Of a stretch of 64,000 nucleotides of DNA, positions 17,424 to 26,517 are shown piece by piece (positions within the stretch are counted from its first letter, which is position 1; every line of letters starts with the position of its first letter). Under the pieces are notes generated by a model. It saw only the letters and a list, made by a program, of their open reading frames with translations, did not search any database and was not told the DNA's origin. Origin of the DNA: Acidobacteriota bacterium (lineage in GTDB: Bacteria; Acidobacteriota; Blastocatellia; Pyrinomonadales; Pyrinomonadaceae); the NCBI GenBank assembly GCA_029557535.1, contig JAKQII010000069.1, forward strand, positions 2,861-66,860, read 5' to 3'. The position numbers and the translations under genes were made by a program.

Positions 17424-17950
17424 GTCCGAAGGTATCGATCGGCAACGACCCGACTGTGGTGGATCTCATGGCCGGCGACGATATATCCCAGGGCGCGGAC
17501 GGTTATTTCATGTTCGCTGGCGACCCCGCGCCGGTTCCAGGCGTCATCGGGAAGGTTGTCGAACATCAGAATGTTGGCCCGCCGCATCAGAACAAATTCG
17601 GCGATCATCCCGCTCCAGTCGCGTTCGTCGAAGTTCGAATTGCGCATGAAATCGTCCTGATCCACGCCCGGAAGCGCGTTGTGGTCGCCGCGGGCGAATG
17701 AAAGGGCGCGGTACGACATGATCCGTTCCGTGTCGATGATGTGGCCGAGGACCTCGCGTATGCTCCACTTATGGGCGGCGTAGCGTCCAAGCGATTTCGC
17801 GGCGTCGATCGAAGCGTAGAAAGACTCCGCCTCTGTGAGACGTAAGTACATTGTTTGCAACAAATCCCCGTTCCCGACAAGCGAAACGTAACCGCCGTAA
17901 TACGAAAAATACTCATCTGCTGCAGGAGGACCGACGCGTTTGAAAATCAT
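17420..17950 (-). CDS. DinB family protein
   Basis: HKWSIREVLGHIIDTERIMSYRAL and a C-terminal HHSR metal-ligand-like pattern. Its stop overlaps the downstream start (ATGA). Confidence 0.7.
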   Translation of the reverse strand: MIFKRVGPPAADEYFSYYGGYVSLVGNGDLLQTMYLRLTEAESFYASIDAAKSLGRYAAHKWSIREVLGHIIDTERIMSYRALSFARGDHNALPGVDQDDFMRNSNFDERDWSGMIAEFVLMRRANILMFDNLPDDAWNRRGVASEHEITVRALGYIVAGHEIHHSRVVADRYLRT

Positions 17951-17986
17951 GTTCCAATTCTAACAAAAAAAGTATAGAATCAGCGC

Positions 17987-18388
17987 ATGAGAACTCTCAC
18001 TAGTATTGTCGCGACAATCGTCATAATCCTTTTCGTAACAACGTTTGACGTCGGTGCACAAAGCGCGGCCCCGAACCGGATCACGTTTGCGAAAGGCAAA
18101 ACCTCGGCAACCGTTTCGGAGACGCTGTCGGGCGATCAGGAATATGACATGGTGTTCGGAGCGAAGAAGGGTCAAACGATCACCATGAGCGTCAGGTCAG
18201 ATGGAGGGCCTAACCTGTTTGATTTCACGTTCATGGGAGACGGATTTGATGTTCCTTCGGACGAACCTTCGTACACGATGTACTCGATAACGGCAACCGA
18301 AACGGGTGATTATCTGGTGACTGTCCGGAAAAACCCGAAGGTCGCCGTCAGGACCGCGAGGTTTTATTTCACGTTGACGATCCGCTGA
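17987..18388 (+). CDS. small secreted beta-rich protein, possibly PliG-like (g-type lysozyme inhibitor); otherwise hypothetical
   Basis: Signal peptide, then ITFAKGKTSATVSETLSGDQEYDMVFGAKKGQTITMSV... The pattern and the 133-aa size recall PliG-type proteins from memory only. Confidence 0.35.
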   Translation: MRTLTSIVATIVIILFVTTFDVGAQSAAPNRITFAKGKTSATVSETLSGDQEYDMVFGAKKGQTITMSVRSDGGPNLFDFTFMGDGFDVPSDEPSYTMYSITATETGDYLVTVRKNPKVAVRTARFYFTLTIR

Positions 18389-18996
18389 TTCCTGACCGGT
18401 TCGCAAACGAACAGATACCGACGTTCGGAAGCCGGCATGAGTTGCGATTCGCTGAGCACACCGGCGGCCGAAAGTGCTTCGGCGATATTCGGGCCGCCGA
18501 ATAGAAGAAGAGGGCGACGATTCGCCCATTTTATGAGTCGCGACACTTTGGCAGAGAATTTGTCGAGCGCCCGGCAGGTGACGAACCCTGCGTCGGGAAC
18601 CGGGATCTCCTCGAATTGCCGGTTGATCACGACCGCCCGCTGGGCGACGCCGCAAAGATTCAGTGTCTCTTGCAGAAATGCGGATTTCTTTGCCTTCGAT
18701 TCGATCAGGAAGGCGCGCAGGTCGGCACGGGCGATCAGACACGGGATCGCCGGAAGCCCTCCGCCGGTTCCGACATCGGCGAACCGGGCGTTTTTCGGGA
18801 ATCGCGCGAGAAGTGTGAGAGACTCGAGAACATGGCGCGTGGCGAATTCCTCCGCTGAGCACGGTGCGACGAGATGAAGCAGTTCATTGCCCGACCGGAT
18901 GAGGTCCCAGAATCGATTCATCGCGACGAGCGCGGGCCGATCCAGTTCGATACCGTATGTCGCCTGATGTTTCTCGATCAAATCCGATAGCTGCAT
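18364..18996 (-). CDS. rsmG: 16S rRNA (guanine527-N7)-methyltransferase RsmG
   Basis: HVLESL..., SAM motif FADVGTGGGLPAIPCLI, then LIESKAKKSAFLQE. Confidence 0.85.
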   Translation of the reverse strand: MQLSDLIEKHQATYGIELDRPALVAMNRFWDLIRSGNELLHLVAPCSAEEFATRHVLESLTLLARFPKNARFADVGTGGGLPAIPCLIARADLRAFLIESKAKKSAFLQETLNLCGVAQRAVVINRQFEEIPVPDAGFVTCRALDKFSAKVSRLIKWANRRPLLLFGGPNIAEALSAAGVLSESQLMPASERRYLFVCEPVRNQRIVNVK

Positions 18997-19146
18997 TCTG
19001 CGGAAGTTTAAATTCTAAGGCCCGCCGAATGCAAAAAGGATTTGTGAAAGCGTTCTCATGCTGTGATCAGAAAGATCACGAATACTTGCTGAGTTCGGGA
19101 TGAAACCGCGGTAGGATCCGCTTTGGTCCCGATATGATCCGGAGGA

Positions 19147-20076
19147 TTGATCTTGAACACGAAAAGGTTTTGTCTGAATAGGTACGGAAAGGCGTTGCGC
19201 GCTTTCCTTTCGGTCGTTTTTGCCGGGATGTTCGCGATTTCCGCCGCAAACACGGCATTTGCCCAAACGGCGGGCGAACCGGGACAGGTCCGTAAGCCCG
19301 GGGCCGAGTTCAAGGATGTTTGGGTCGACTACGATGTAACAGAATCCGGTCAGAAGGGCATGCGGATTCACGTGAAATTCACCGCTCTGGCGATGAAGGG
19401 CCTCGACTCGTATCTTGCGATCTACTTTGAGACGGCCGCGGGGGATCGATTGAGGGACAAGAACGGAAAGTTCAACAGCACGTCGGGAGAGGTCGCCGTT
19501 TACCGTGAACTGAAACCGGCATACGATCCGGCCGAGTACGCCGATTATTCAATATTCATGCCGTACGACGAACTCGATCTTAGTGCGGGTGACTGGAAAC
19601 TGCGCATGGATATCGATCTGATCTACAAAGCGGGCGGGTTGATCCAGCATCTGACATACAAGGAATTTCAGTATACCAGCGCCGAGAAGCAGGAAAGCCC
19701 GAACAAGATCTGGATCGAATACAACCAGACCCGCAACGGGCGCCGCGGAATGCTGGTCCACGTCAATTTCGAGGTCACGGGCCTAAAGGGCGTCGACGCG
19801 AAAATGATCGTTCGGATCAAAGATTCCGGCGACGAGTTTCTGGCAAGCTCGAGCGCCGGATTCTCGAACGCCGACGGTGATTTCGAGGTCTCCTACGACA
19901 TCAAACCCGGCTACGATCCGGCAGTTTACGAAGATGTCACGGTGTTCATTCCGTATGATGAGATCCGCATCGGCAAAGGGAACTGGTCTTTGAAACTCGA
20001 CGTCGATATCGCGTATGAGAGCGGAGAACTGATCAAGCACATTGATTACAAAGAGTTCGATTTTTCGCGTCCCTAG
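19147..20076 (+). CDS. secreted hypothetical protein made of two tandem ~125-aa homologous domains
   Basis: Signal peptide ...AANTAFAQ. The repeats VWVDYDVTESGQKGMRIHVKFTALAMKGLD...YKEFQY and IWIEYNQTRNGRRGMLVHVNFEVTGLKGVD...YKEFDF align by eye. The TTG at 19153 is the more likely start, given the GGAGGA at 19141-19146. Confidence 0.6.
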   Translation: MILNTKRFCLNRYGKALRAFLSVVFAGMFAISAANTAFAQTAGEPGQVRKPGAEFKDVWVDYDVTESGQKGMRIHVKFTALAMKGLDSYLAIYFETAAGDRLRDKNGKFNSTSGEVAVYRELKPAYDPAEYADYSIFMPYDELDLSAGDWKLRMDIDLIYKAGGLIQHLTYKEFQYTSAEKQESPNKIWIEYNQTRNGRRGMLVHVNFEVTGLKGVDAKMIVRIKDSGDEFLASSSAGFSNADGDFEVSYDIKPGYDPAVYEDVTVFIPYDEIRIGKGNWSLKLDVDIAYESGELIKHIDYKEFDFSRP

Positions 20077-20109
20077 CGCCGGCGGTTGATCGACGGCGAC
20101 GATCTGAAT

Positions 20110-20144
20110 GGCCCGGGCCGCATGTTGGCCCGGGCCGTTTTTTC
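20110..20144 (+). terminator. rho-independent terminator
   Basis: GGCCCGGGCC-GCATGTT-GGCCCGGGCC followed by GTTTTTT. Confidence 0.85.
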
Positions 20145-20163
20145 GTTCCGCGCAATCCCGAAA

Positions 20164-20190
20164 ACAAAAAAGCCGAAGACATGCTTCGAC
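20164..20190 (-). terminator. rho-independent terminator of tRNA-Leu
   Basis: The minus strand reads GTCGAAG-CATGT-CTTCGGC followed by TTTTTTG. Confidence 0.7.
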
Positions 20191-20235
20191 CTCGTTCGGC
20201 GGGGATCGCGCTCAGCAAATTCCCGACAGATTTCT

Positions 20236-20322
20236 TGGTGCGGACGAATGGAATCGAACCATCACGAGCTTAAGCTCACAGGCTTCTGAGACCTGCGCGT
20301 CTACCAGTTCCGCCACGTCCGC
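20236..20322 (-). tRNA. tRNA-Leu (anticodon CAG), CCA encoded
   Basis: The reverse complement folds as a cloverleaf. Acceptor GCGGACG/CGTCCGC; 3-bp D stem with GG loop; anticodon stem CAGGT/GCCTG with loop CTCAGAA; long variable arm GAGCT-TA-AGCTC; T-loop TTCGATT; 3' ACCA. Confidence 0.93.
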
Positions 20323-20339
20323 GTGAAAAGGTAAAAGCC

Positions 20340-20368
20340 AATATACAATTTGTGCCGTGAAAGTTCAA
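20340..20368 (-). promoter_or_regulatory. candidate sigma70-type promoter of tRNA-Leu
   Basis: The minus strand reads TTGAAC, then 17 nt, then TATATT. The -10 element ends about 17 nt upstream of the mature tRNA 5' end. Confidence 0.55.
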
Positions 20369-20392
20369 ACGGTCTTTTGTTATCATTGAGCC

Positions 20393-21079
20393 ATGGTTCA
20401 GGGGCTCGCCGAGCGCATTGCAAACGTTCGGGAAATGGTTGAAAAGGCGGCGGAAAGCGCGGGCCGCGAACGCGGTTCCGTGAGGCTGATCGCCGTCAGC
20501 AAGACCCATCCGGCGGAGGCGATCCGGGACGCCCGCGAACTCGGATTGATCGCTTTTGGCGAGAACAAGGTTCAGGAAGCTGAAGGCAAGATCACCGAAC
20601 TCGGTCGCGGATTCGCGGAGTGGCACCTCATTGGACATCTGCAGTCGAACAAGGCACGTAAAGCGGTCCGGCTGTTCGACGTGATACAGTCTCTGGACTC
20701 GATCGAACTGGCCGCGCGACTTGAGCGGATCTGCGAAGAGGAAGTCCGCGAATCGTTGAAAGTGCTGATCCAGGTCGATCTCGGCGGCGAAGCGACGAAG
20801 AACGGCGCGCGGGAAGAGGAACTGCCGGCTCTGGTCGAATTTGTAAGCGGCTGCAGACGGCTCGAACTTGCCGGATTCATGACCCTTCCTCCGTATTTTG
20901 AAGATCCTGAGGACGTTCGGCCGTACTTTCGGAGGCTTCGCAATATCCGCGACAAGTTCGTTCCGGGGGGTGAATTGTCAATGGGAATGAGCCATGATTT
21001 CGAGGTCGCGGTTGCCGAGGGCGCGACAATTGTCCGCGTCGGTACGGCGATTTTCGGCGAACGGGAGTATTACCGGTAA
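20393..21079 (+). CDS. yggS: YggS family pyridoxal-phosphate homeostasis protein
   Basis: RLIAVSKTHP (PLP Lys), FGENKVQEA, WHLIGHLQSNKARK, and a C-terminal VRVGTAIFG. Confidence 0.9.
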   Translation: MVQGLAERIANVREMVEKAAESAGRERGSVRLIAVSKTHPAEAIRDARELGLIAFGENKVQEAEGKITELGRGFAEWHLIGHLQSNKARKAVRLFDVIQSLDSIELAARLERICEEEVRESLKVLIQVDLGGEATKNGAREEELPALVEFVSGCRRLELAGFMTLPPYFEDPEDVRPYFRRLRNIRDKFVPGGELSMGMSHDFEVAVAEGATIVRVGTAIFGEREYYR

Positions 21080-21080
21080 T

Positions 21081-21674
21081 ATGTTGCGACTTTTTATCTA
21101 TCCGTGGATCAGTCTGGTCGTTTCGATAGCGTTTCTCGTCTTTCTTGCGTCAATGATACTGCGTCTGATCTTCAACTACAGCGATCCGAATCCGTTCGGA
21201 AAGATCGGTCGGTTCTCCTACCACTTGAAAAAGCGGACGGACCGATTCGTTTACCCGTCGGCTCGGCTTCTTGCCGCGTTCCGGGTCGATACGCGCCTCG
21301 CTCCCCTGGTTACGATTTTCGTTGCCGGTTTGCTTACCTATTTCGGACTGAGCGTGATCGAGAACACCATGTTCGTTATCGATGGTCTCACGCTCGGGAT
21401 CGCGGCCGGCAACGTGAAGGTGATAATCGGATTCATCCTTTACGGGCTGCTGAGTGTTCTCGTGCTCTTCATCTTTATCCGGTTCATCGCGTCGTGGTTC
21501 GTGTTTACTCGAAACACGTTTCTCGGATTCGTGCAGCGTGTCACGGACCCGATCATGCGCCCGGTTCAGCGCCTGATCCCGCCGATCGGGATGGTCGACA
21601 TATCGGCGATGATCGTGCTCATTTTCATCGGATTCCTGCAGTCGTTCGTGCTGCGGCTTTTTGTCTTCCAGTGA
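21081..21674 (+). CDS. yggT: YggT family membrane protein (two YggT repeats)
   Basis: Hydrophobic 197-aa protein directly after yggS (1-nt gap), in the conserved yggS-yggT context. Confidence 0.7.
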   Translation: MLRLFIYPWISLVVSIAFLVFLASMILRLIFNYSDPNPFGKIGRFSYHLKKRTDRFVYPSARLLAAFRVDTRLAPLVTIFVAGLLTYFGLSVIENTMFVIDGLTLGIAAGNVKVIIGFILYGLLSVLVLFIFIRFIASWFVFTRNTFLGFVQRVTDPIMRPVQRLIPPIGMVDISAMIVLIFIGFLQSFVLRLFVFQ

Positions 21675-21955
21675 TCGAAATTCAGGAGAGGGACGGCGGC
21701 GTGACGCTTCGTGTCAGGGTCGTTCCGCGCGCATCGAGATCGATGATCGCGGGCGAGATCGACGGCGCGGTGAAGATACGGATCGCGTCACCGCCGGTTG
21801 ACGGCGCGGCAAACGAAGAACTTGTGCGATTTCTCGCCAAATTGCTCGGAGTCGGGCGCAGTTCGGTTCAAATCCTCGCCGGACAGACCTCAAAAAACAA
21901 GATCATCGGCGTCAGCGGAATTTCCGTGGAACTGATCCGTTCAAAGCTCGCCTGA
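21671..21955 (+). CDS. DUF167 (YggU-like) protein
   Basis: [19 protein letters not shown]...[27 protein letters not shown] is typical DUF167. The GTG start overlaps the yggT stop (GTGA). The long upstream extension in the ORF track is not coding. Confidence 0.75.
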   Translation: MIEIQERDGGVTLRVRVVPRASRSMIAGEIDGAVKIRIASPPVDGAANEELVRFLAKLLGVGRSSVQILAGQTSKNKIIGVSGISVELIRSKLA

Positions 21956-23524
21956 TCACGTGCCCGCCTGGATGTACGGAACCTTTTCAAAGATCTTGCG
22001 TTCCTCGCCGCGCGGATCATTCTCGAGATGGGGCGGCACGTCGAAGACCATCGTTTCTCGATTCGCCATCGTGTACGGTTTCCAGACCGGGATCGACCTG
22101 TTGTTCGGATCGCCTTTCCGGGCGAAAACGATAAACGTCTCGCTCATGATGTCTGCCATGCGTTGCGACGTCGGACCCTCGGCGGTCGATCCGGGTTTTC
22201 CGATGTTGTCAAAGACAAGCTGAATGTCAGAAGCATGCGGCGCGCCGAATTTTCGGCCTTCGCGTGTGGACGCCCAATCGAGCTGGTAGGCATACGCCGG
22301 AGATCCCGATTTCGCGCGCTCCTCCGCCTCGATGATCGCCCCGCGCCAGCTCCTCGAAGCAGTCGTGATCTTGAACAGCAGATCGCTCGCGGTAAGATTC
22401 GGATAAAGTCTCCGGTATTTCTCGATCACCTCCTCGGGCTTGATGTCGACACGCATATTCGGGATCAGTTTCTCGGGAAGCTGCTCCCAGGTCACCGTGA
22501 AATTCGTCGGATCGCCGCCGAGAAACGCGCGTGTTTCGTCGTGCGTATTGCCGATGATCATCGGGATGTTTGCCGACTGCGCCGGGGCATCGGGGTAGAA
22601 CGGATGCCGCAACAGGTTTCGTTCGTCGAGCGCCGGTGCGAAGTTGACGCCGCCGAACGGCAGAACGGGATCTTTTGTGTTCAGCACGTCGACGATCTTC
22701 TGGAACGGGATCGTTCGGATCTCCCGGACGTCCTTGAGCTGCAACGCGTCGACGATCGCCTTCGCGCGCAGTGTCCCGTTCAACGGTCCGCACGCCGTCA
22801 CCTGCTGACCGCTCATTGTCGCGGCGCGATGAAAGAGTCCCGCTGCGGCCGGCATTGCCATCAATGTTGCGATCTTTGCTCCGCCGCCGGATTGCCCGAA
22901 GACCATGATATTGTCCGGATCGCCGCCGAATTCGGCGATGTTCTCACGAACCCATTTGAGCGCAAGGACGATATCGAGCTGGCCGGCGTTCCCGGAATCG
23001 GCGAATTCCGCGCCGCCAACGCGGGCGAGATAAAGATAGCCGAAGGCGTTGAGACGATGATTGATCGAAACGACGACGACGTTGCCGCGGTTGCAGAGCC
23101 GAACGCCGTCATAGAGCGGGCTCGATCCGGATCCGTTCGCGTACGCGCCACCGTGGATGTAAAACATGACCGGCCGTCTGCCGCCGTCGCGCAGTTTCGG
23201 TGTGAAAATATTGAGAAAGAGACAATCTTCACTGACGTTCGATCCGCCGCGCGACTGCTGCGGCGACGACGCACCGTAATTCTCGGCGTCGGCTATTCCT
23301 TGCCACGCCTCGGGAGTTCGCGGAGCCTGAAATCGATACGCGGACGTGTCCGCGCCGTAACGGATACCCAGAAATACATTGACGCCGTCGTCGCTGTAAC
23401 CGCGGACCTTGCCGTATTTGGTCGTCGCGACAGGCGAATCCGATTGGGCCGTAACGCGTTTCGGGACCGCCGTGACCGCGACTCCCGCGAGCACATTTTT
23501 GACGAACGTTCGTCGATCAATCAT
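21956..23524 (-). CDS. type-B carboxylesterase/lipase with a Tat-like signal
   Basis: EDCLFLNIFTP, nucleophile elbow FGQSGGGAKIA, and an N-terminal MIDRRTFVKNVLAGVAVTAV. The start at 23524 overlaps the upstream stop (ATGA). Confidence 0.85.
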   Translation of the reverse strand: MIDRRTFVKNVLAGVAVTAVPKRVTAQSDSPVATTKYGKVRGYSDDGVNVFLGIRYGADTSAYRFQAPRTPEAWQGIADAENYGASSPQQSRGGSNVSEDCLFLNIFTPKLRDGGRRPVMFYIHGGAYANGSGSSPLYDGVRLCNRGNVVVVSINHRLNAFGYLYLARVGGAEFADSGNAGQLDIVLALKWVRENIAEFGGDPDNIMVFGQSGGGAKIATLMAMPAAAGLFHRAATMSGQQVTACGPLNGTLRAKAIVDALQLKDVREIRTIPFQKIVDVLNTKDPVLPFGGVNFAPALDERNLLRHPFYPDAPAQSANIPMIIGNTHDETRAFLGGDPTNFTVTWEQLPEKLIPNMRVDIKPEEVIEKYRRLYPNLTASDLLFKITTASRSWRGAIIEAEERAKSGSPAYAYQLDWASTREGRKFGAPHASDIQLVFDNIGKPGSTAEGPTSQRMADIMSETFIVFARKGDPNNRSIPVWKPYTMANRETMVFDVPPHLENDPRGEERKIFEKVPYIQAGT

Positions 23525-24153
23525 TTTTTCATGAACTCCTTCGGCGCAAGCGCCCGGTCCGTTATCCGCACCTTTTTGATCGCACCTTTGAACCAATGAA
23601 CCTTGTTCTGCCTGACGCCGAGAGACGTCCTGCCCTTTCCGAACGGAGCGATCTTCAACTGACCGGCCAATTCGAGATTTGCGTCAACGTAATGCCGCAT
23701 TTCCTTGCCATCGAAAACCAGTGCGACGTGATACCACTTTCCGAGTGGGTGACGGTACTTCTCGGCATAATGCGTCAGTCGGTTGTCTCCGGATTTAATG
23801 AACGTATCGAGAAACCAGTCGTTGCCGTCGACGCGGATCTCGAGCAAGACCCGGTTGTCGGCGTCCGTCTGCTGAATATGGAACCAGCGCTGTTCCTTAT
23901 TCCCGCCGTCAGGTCGAAATACAGCCTCGATCGTGAAGGCCGAAAGACCCTCGATCGGGTTCGCGTCGAGCAAGACCCCGTCCGCCGCGCCGTCAAACTC
24001 GATCGCCTTTTGGGCCACTTTCGGCGCACCGAGAACCTCGACCGCGTTTCCGCCGATCTTTGTCAGATTATCGAGCTTCCAGGTCGCGCTCGATTGCGCA
24101 AACGCCGCCGACGCGAGGCAAAGAGCGAGAATAAGCGAGATTGAGATTTTCAT
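23521..24153 (-). CDS. secreted LamG / concanavalin-A-like lectin domain protein
   Basis: Signal peptide, then ...LEIRVDGNDWFLDTFIKSG...GKWYHVALVFDGKEMRHYVDANL, typical of Laminin_G_3-type jelly rolls. Confidence 0.6.
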   Translation of the reverse strand: MKISISLILALCLASAAFAQSSATWKLDNLTKIGGNAVEVLGAPKVAQKAIEFDGAADGVLLDANPIEGLSAFTIEAVFRPDGGNKEQRWFHIQQTDADNRVLLEIRVDGNDWFLDTFIKSGDNRLTHYAEKYRHPLGKWYHVALVFDGKEMRHYVDANLELAGQLKIAPFGKGRTSLGVRQNKVHWFKGAIKKVRITDRALAPKEFMKK

Positions 24154-24234
24154 TTGCTACCATTTTCGGTCGGGTCTGAACTATCAGGTGTCAGCTCCCA
24201 GAAATCAGCTAAATCAAAGCATCAAAGCAGCGCG

Positions 24235-25728
24235 CTATTGTTGCCTGGTTTTGAGAAACGCGGTCATCATCGCGACGTTGCGGACGAAAACTCCAGTCGA
24301 ATATCCGCGAATCATTTCGAAATCCCCGGAATTCATGCCGTTCGGAGTCGGGGCGTCGAGTCTGAGTACGCGGCAGTTCGTGACCCAAGCGCCCCGCTCG
24401 TCGATCGTCCGCAATGCCTCGGAAAGCCAGCGCGGATCGAATCCGGATCGCTCGGTCCAGCTCCGCTCGCGTTCGTATTCGGCGCGGGCAACCTTTGCGT
24501 CCAGCTTCGCGATCCGCTCGTATTCGGCGCGAAGCGGTTTTACGTTCACGACCTCCCGCGCCGCCGGAGCAATGTTTCCGAAGGATGAAAGTCCCTGCAT
24601 GTTTCCCTGTGGTTCCGACGTGCTCCAGCGATAAAGACCGTAGCCTTCGGCGTTCGTTCTATCGGTGCGCAGAACATAGATCGGGAGGTTCGTCCCTGGT
24701 TCGTAATAGCGCGCGGGCACACGTTTGAGCTCGAGCGCTTCGTTGTTGACGCGGTCGAACCACGCAAGACAGCCCGGGATCGGCCGCAGATAGCGCCGGT
24801 CGCCGGTCATCTTGTAGAACGTCTCGAGAGTTTCGATGACCTGCTCGCTTTCACGTATGACGAAACCGGCTGGTTCGTGGGTCCGGGCCTTTTCTGGCCG
24901 CATCGTATCCGGGTGATATTGTTCGGCCCATGCCGCTTGATCTTCCGGTCCCTGTACAGCGATGAAGAAATCGACAGCGCGCCGCGCGGATTCGAGATAC
25001 CGCTTGTCGCCGAGATTTTCGTATGCGTCGACGAGCACCCGGACGGTCGCCACCATCGCGCCGTCGTTCAGCGTGTAATACGGCGTGTAGTCGGGAAAAC
25101 CGTCGTGGATGAAATCGTAATGCAGCGGAAAACGCTGCGGGAACGCGCCGTTCGGATACTGTGCCCTGAGGATGAAATTGAGTGCCTTCAGCAACGGAGC
25201 CTTGAATCGCGGATCCTTCCTGACGAGGTATAGCCTGAGCAGAAACCGCGTCGCCGACTGCGAATTGCCGTCGTCGAAAGTTGCGTTGCCGTTGAAAAAC
25301 CGCTGCTCTTCCATGCCCCATTTGAACTTCGACGCGTGATCCCTGTACCACTCCTGAACGCCGCGGGGCTCGAAGTCGATCATGTAGTGCCAGCCGCCGC
25401 CGGGGCGCTGTCCCCAGGCGAGCGCCAGCCCGGCCTTTTCGGCGACATCGAGGTAGATCTTGTCGCCGGTCGACTCAAACGCATCGAGCATCGCCATTCC
25501 GACCATCGGCGTGGCCGATTGCACCCAGATCTGCGACATACGCGCCGGAATCTCGCCGTAATGGCGTTTGAAGTCCTCGGAGATGTTCCAAACGTAACCA
25601 CCCCGTATCGAGGCCTTTGTCGAGAAGAACGTGGTCGCCTTCTTCATTGTGTCGAGCACTTCCTGCCTCGACTGGGCAACTGCCGTGGCCGGCAGGAACG
25701 ACAATAGCAAGGCGAATGCGAGTCTCAT
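24235..25728 (-). CDS. secreted alpha/alpha-toroid protein, pectate lyase PL10-like (uncertain)
   Basis: Signal peptide MRLAFALLLSFLPATAVAQ. The blocks GGYVWNISED..., RPGGGWHYMIDF and QYPNGAFPQRFP recall the GGWPQ-type repeats of PL10 / terpenoid-cyclase-like toroids. Confidence 0.4.
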   Translation of the reverse strand: MRLAFALLLSFLPATAVAQSRQEVLDTMKKATTFFSTKASIRGGYVWNISEDFKRHYGEIPARMSQIWVQSATPMVGMAMLDAFESTGDKIYLDVAEKAGLALAWGQRPGGGWHYMIDFEPRGVQEWYRDHASKFKWGMEEQRFFNGNATFDDGNSQSATRFLLRLYLVRKDPRFKAPLLKALNFILRAQYPNGAFPQRFPLHYDFIHDGFPDYTPYYTLNDGAMVATVRVLVDAYENLGDKRYLESARRAVDFFIAVQGPEDQAAWAEQYHPDTMRPEKARTHEPAGFVIRESEQVIETLETFYKMTGDRRYLRPIPGCLAWFDRVNNEALELKRVPARYYEPGTNLPIYVLRTDRTNAEGYGLYRWSTSEPQGNMQGLSSFGNIAPAAREVVNVKPLRAEYERIAKLDAKVARAEYERERSWTERSGFDPRWLSEALRTIDERGAWVTNCRVLRLDAPTPNGMNSGDFEMIRGYSTGVFVRNVAMMTAFLKTRQQ

Positions 25729-25846
25729 CAAACGGGCGCGTGATATTGACGATCCTGTTCGCCACGCAATAGGGCCTCTGTTGGTTACCATTCTGGGGTT
25801 TTCTCCCGTGGCGCGAGCGCAAAACAATTTCTCGCGATCATAGAGT

Positions 25847-26185
25847 TCATTTGCTCAAGAAGTCCTCGCGGATCGGCGAGAAGATATCGATCAGGATCAC
25901 TTCGTTGTCGAGCATCGTCGCGCCGTGCCAGTAATTCGACGGGAAGTGCAGGACGTCACCCGGGCCGCATACCTTTTGCTCTTCGCCGAGCGTGAACAGA
26001 ACTTTGCCTTTCTCGACGATGGTCATCTGCTCGTGCGGATGCTCGTGCGCGGGCGTGACCGTTTTCGGCGGAAATCGCAGGCGGCAGATCATTACTTTTT
26101 CGCCGACGATCATCTGCCGTTCGATGCCTTCACCGACTGTTTCGAACGGGATCGAGTCCCAATTTAGTTGTTGATGATTGATCAT
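25847..26185 (-). CDS. cupin domain protein
   Basis: PAHEHPHEQMTIVEKGK...GDVLHFPSNYWHGA matches the two cupin motifs. Confidence 0.75.
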   Translation of the reverse strand: MINHQQLNWDSIPFETVGEGIERQMIVGEKVMICRLRFPPKTVTPAHEHPHEQMTIVEKGKVLFTLGEEQKVCGPGDVLHFPSNYWHGATMLDNEVILIDIFSPIREDFLSK

Positions 26186-26255
26186 GATGCCTCGGGATTT
26201 AAGCGATTAACCAGATTATCCACGAAACACTGTAAATGTTAAGCGAGCCGGCCGG

Positions 26256-26443
26256 TTTTGGGGTCGGGAATTTCGGATTTGGGTCAAGGCGGACGGGTAA
26301 TCCCGAAATACCGGAGTTCGAGTCGCGAAAAACAGATTGACTGTGTTCGTCGAACCTTGATAACTGATAGTTGATAATTGAGAGTTGAAAGTTGATAGTC
26401 TCCCACAGCCCAAATGCCAAATCCCAAATCCCAAATCCCAAAG
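26256..26443. repeat. composite spacer: inverted GGGATTT-type arms enclosing a GTTGATA-type word array
   Basis: The left arm at 26256-26285 is TTTTGGGGTCGGGAATTTCGGATTTGGGTC. The core at 26357-26398 is TTGATAACTGATAGTTGATAATTGAGAGTTGAAAGTTGATAG. The right arm at 26409-26443 is CCCAAATGCCAAATCCCAAATCCCAAATCCCAAAG. Confidence 0.85.
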
Positions 26444-26517
26444 TGACGTTCTTGTCATCGTTCGGCGTCCCGCGATATACTTTCGTTTTCTTTAACTCAA
26501 CCGAGGAAACACTGTAC

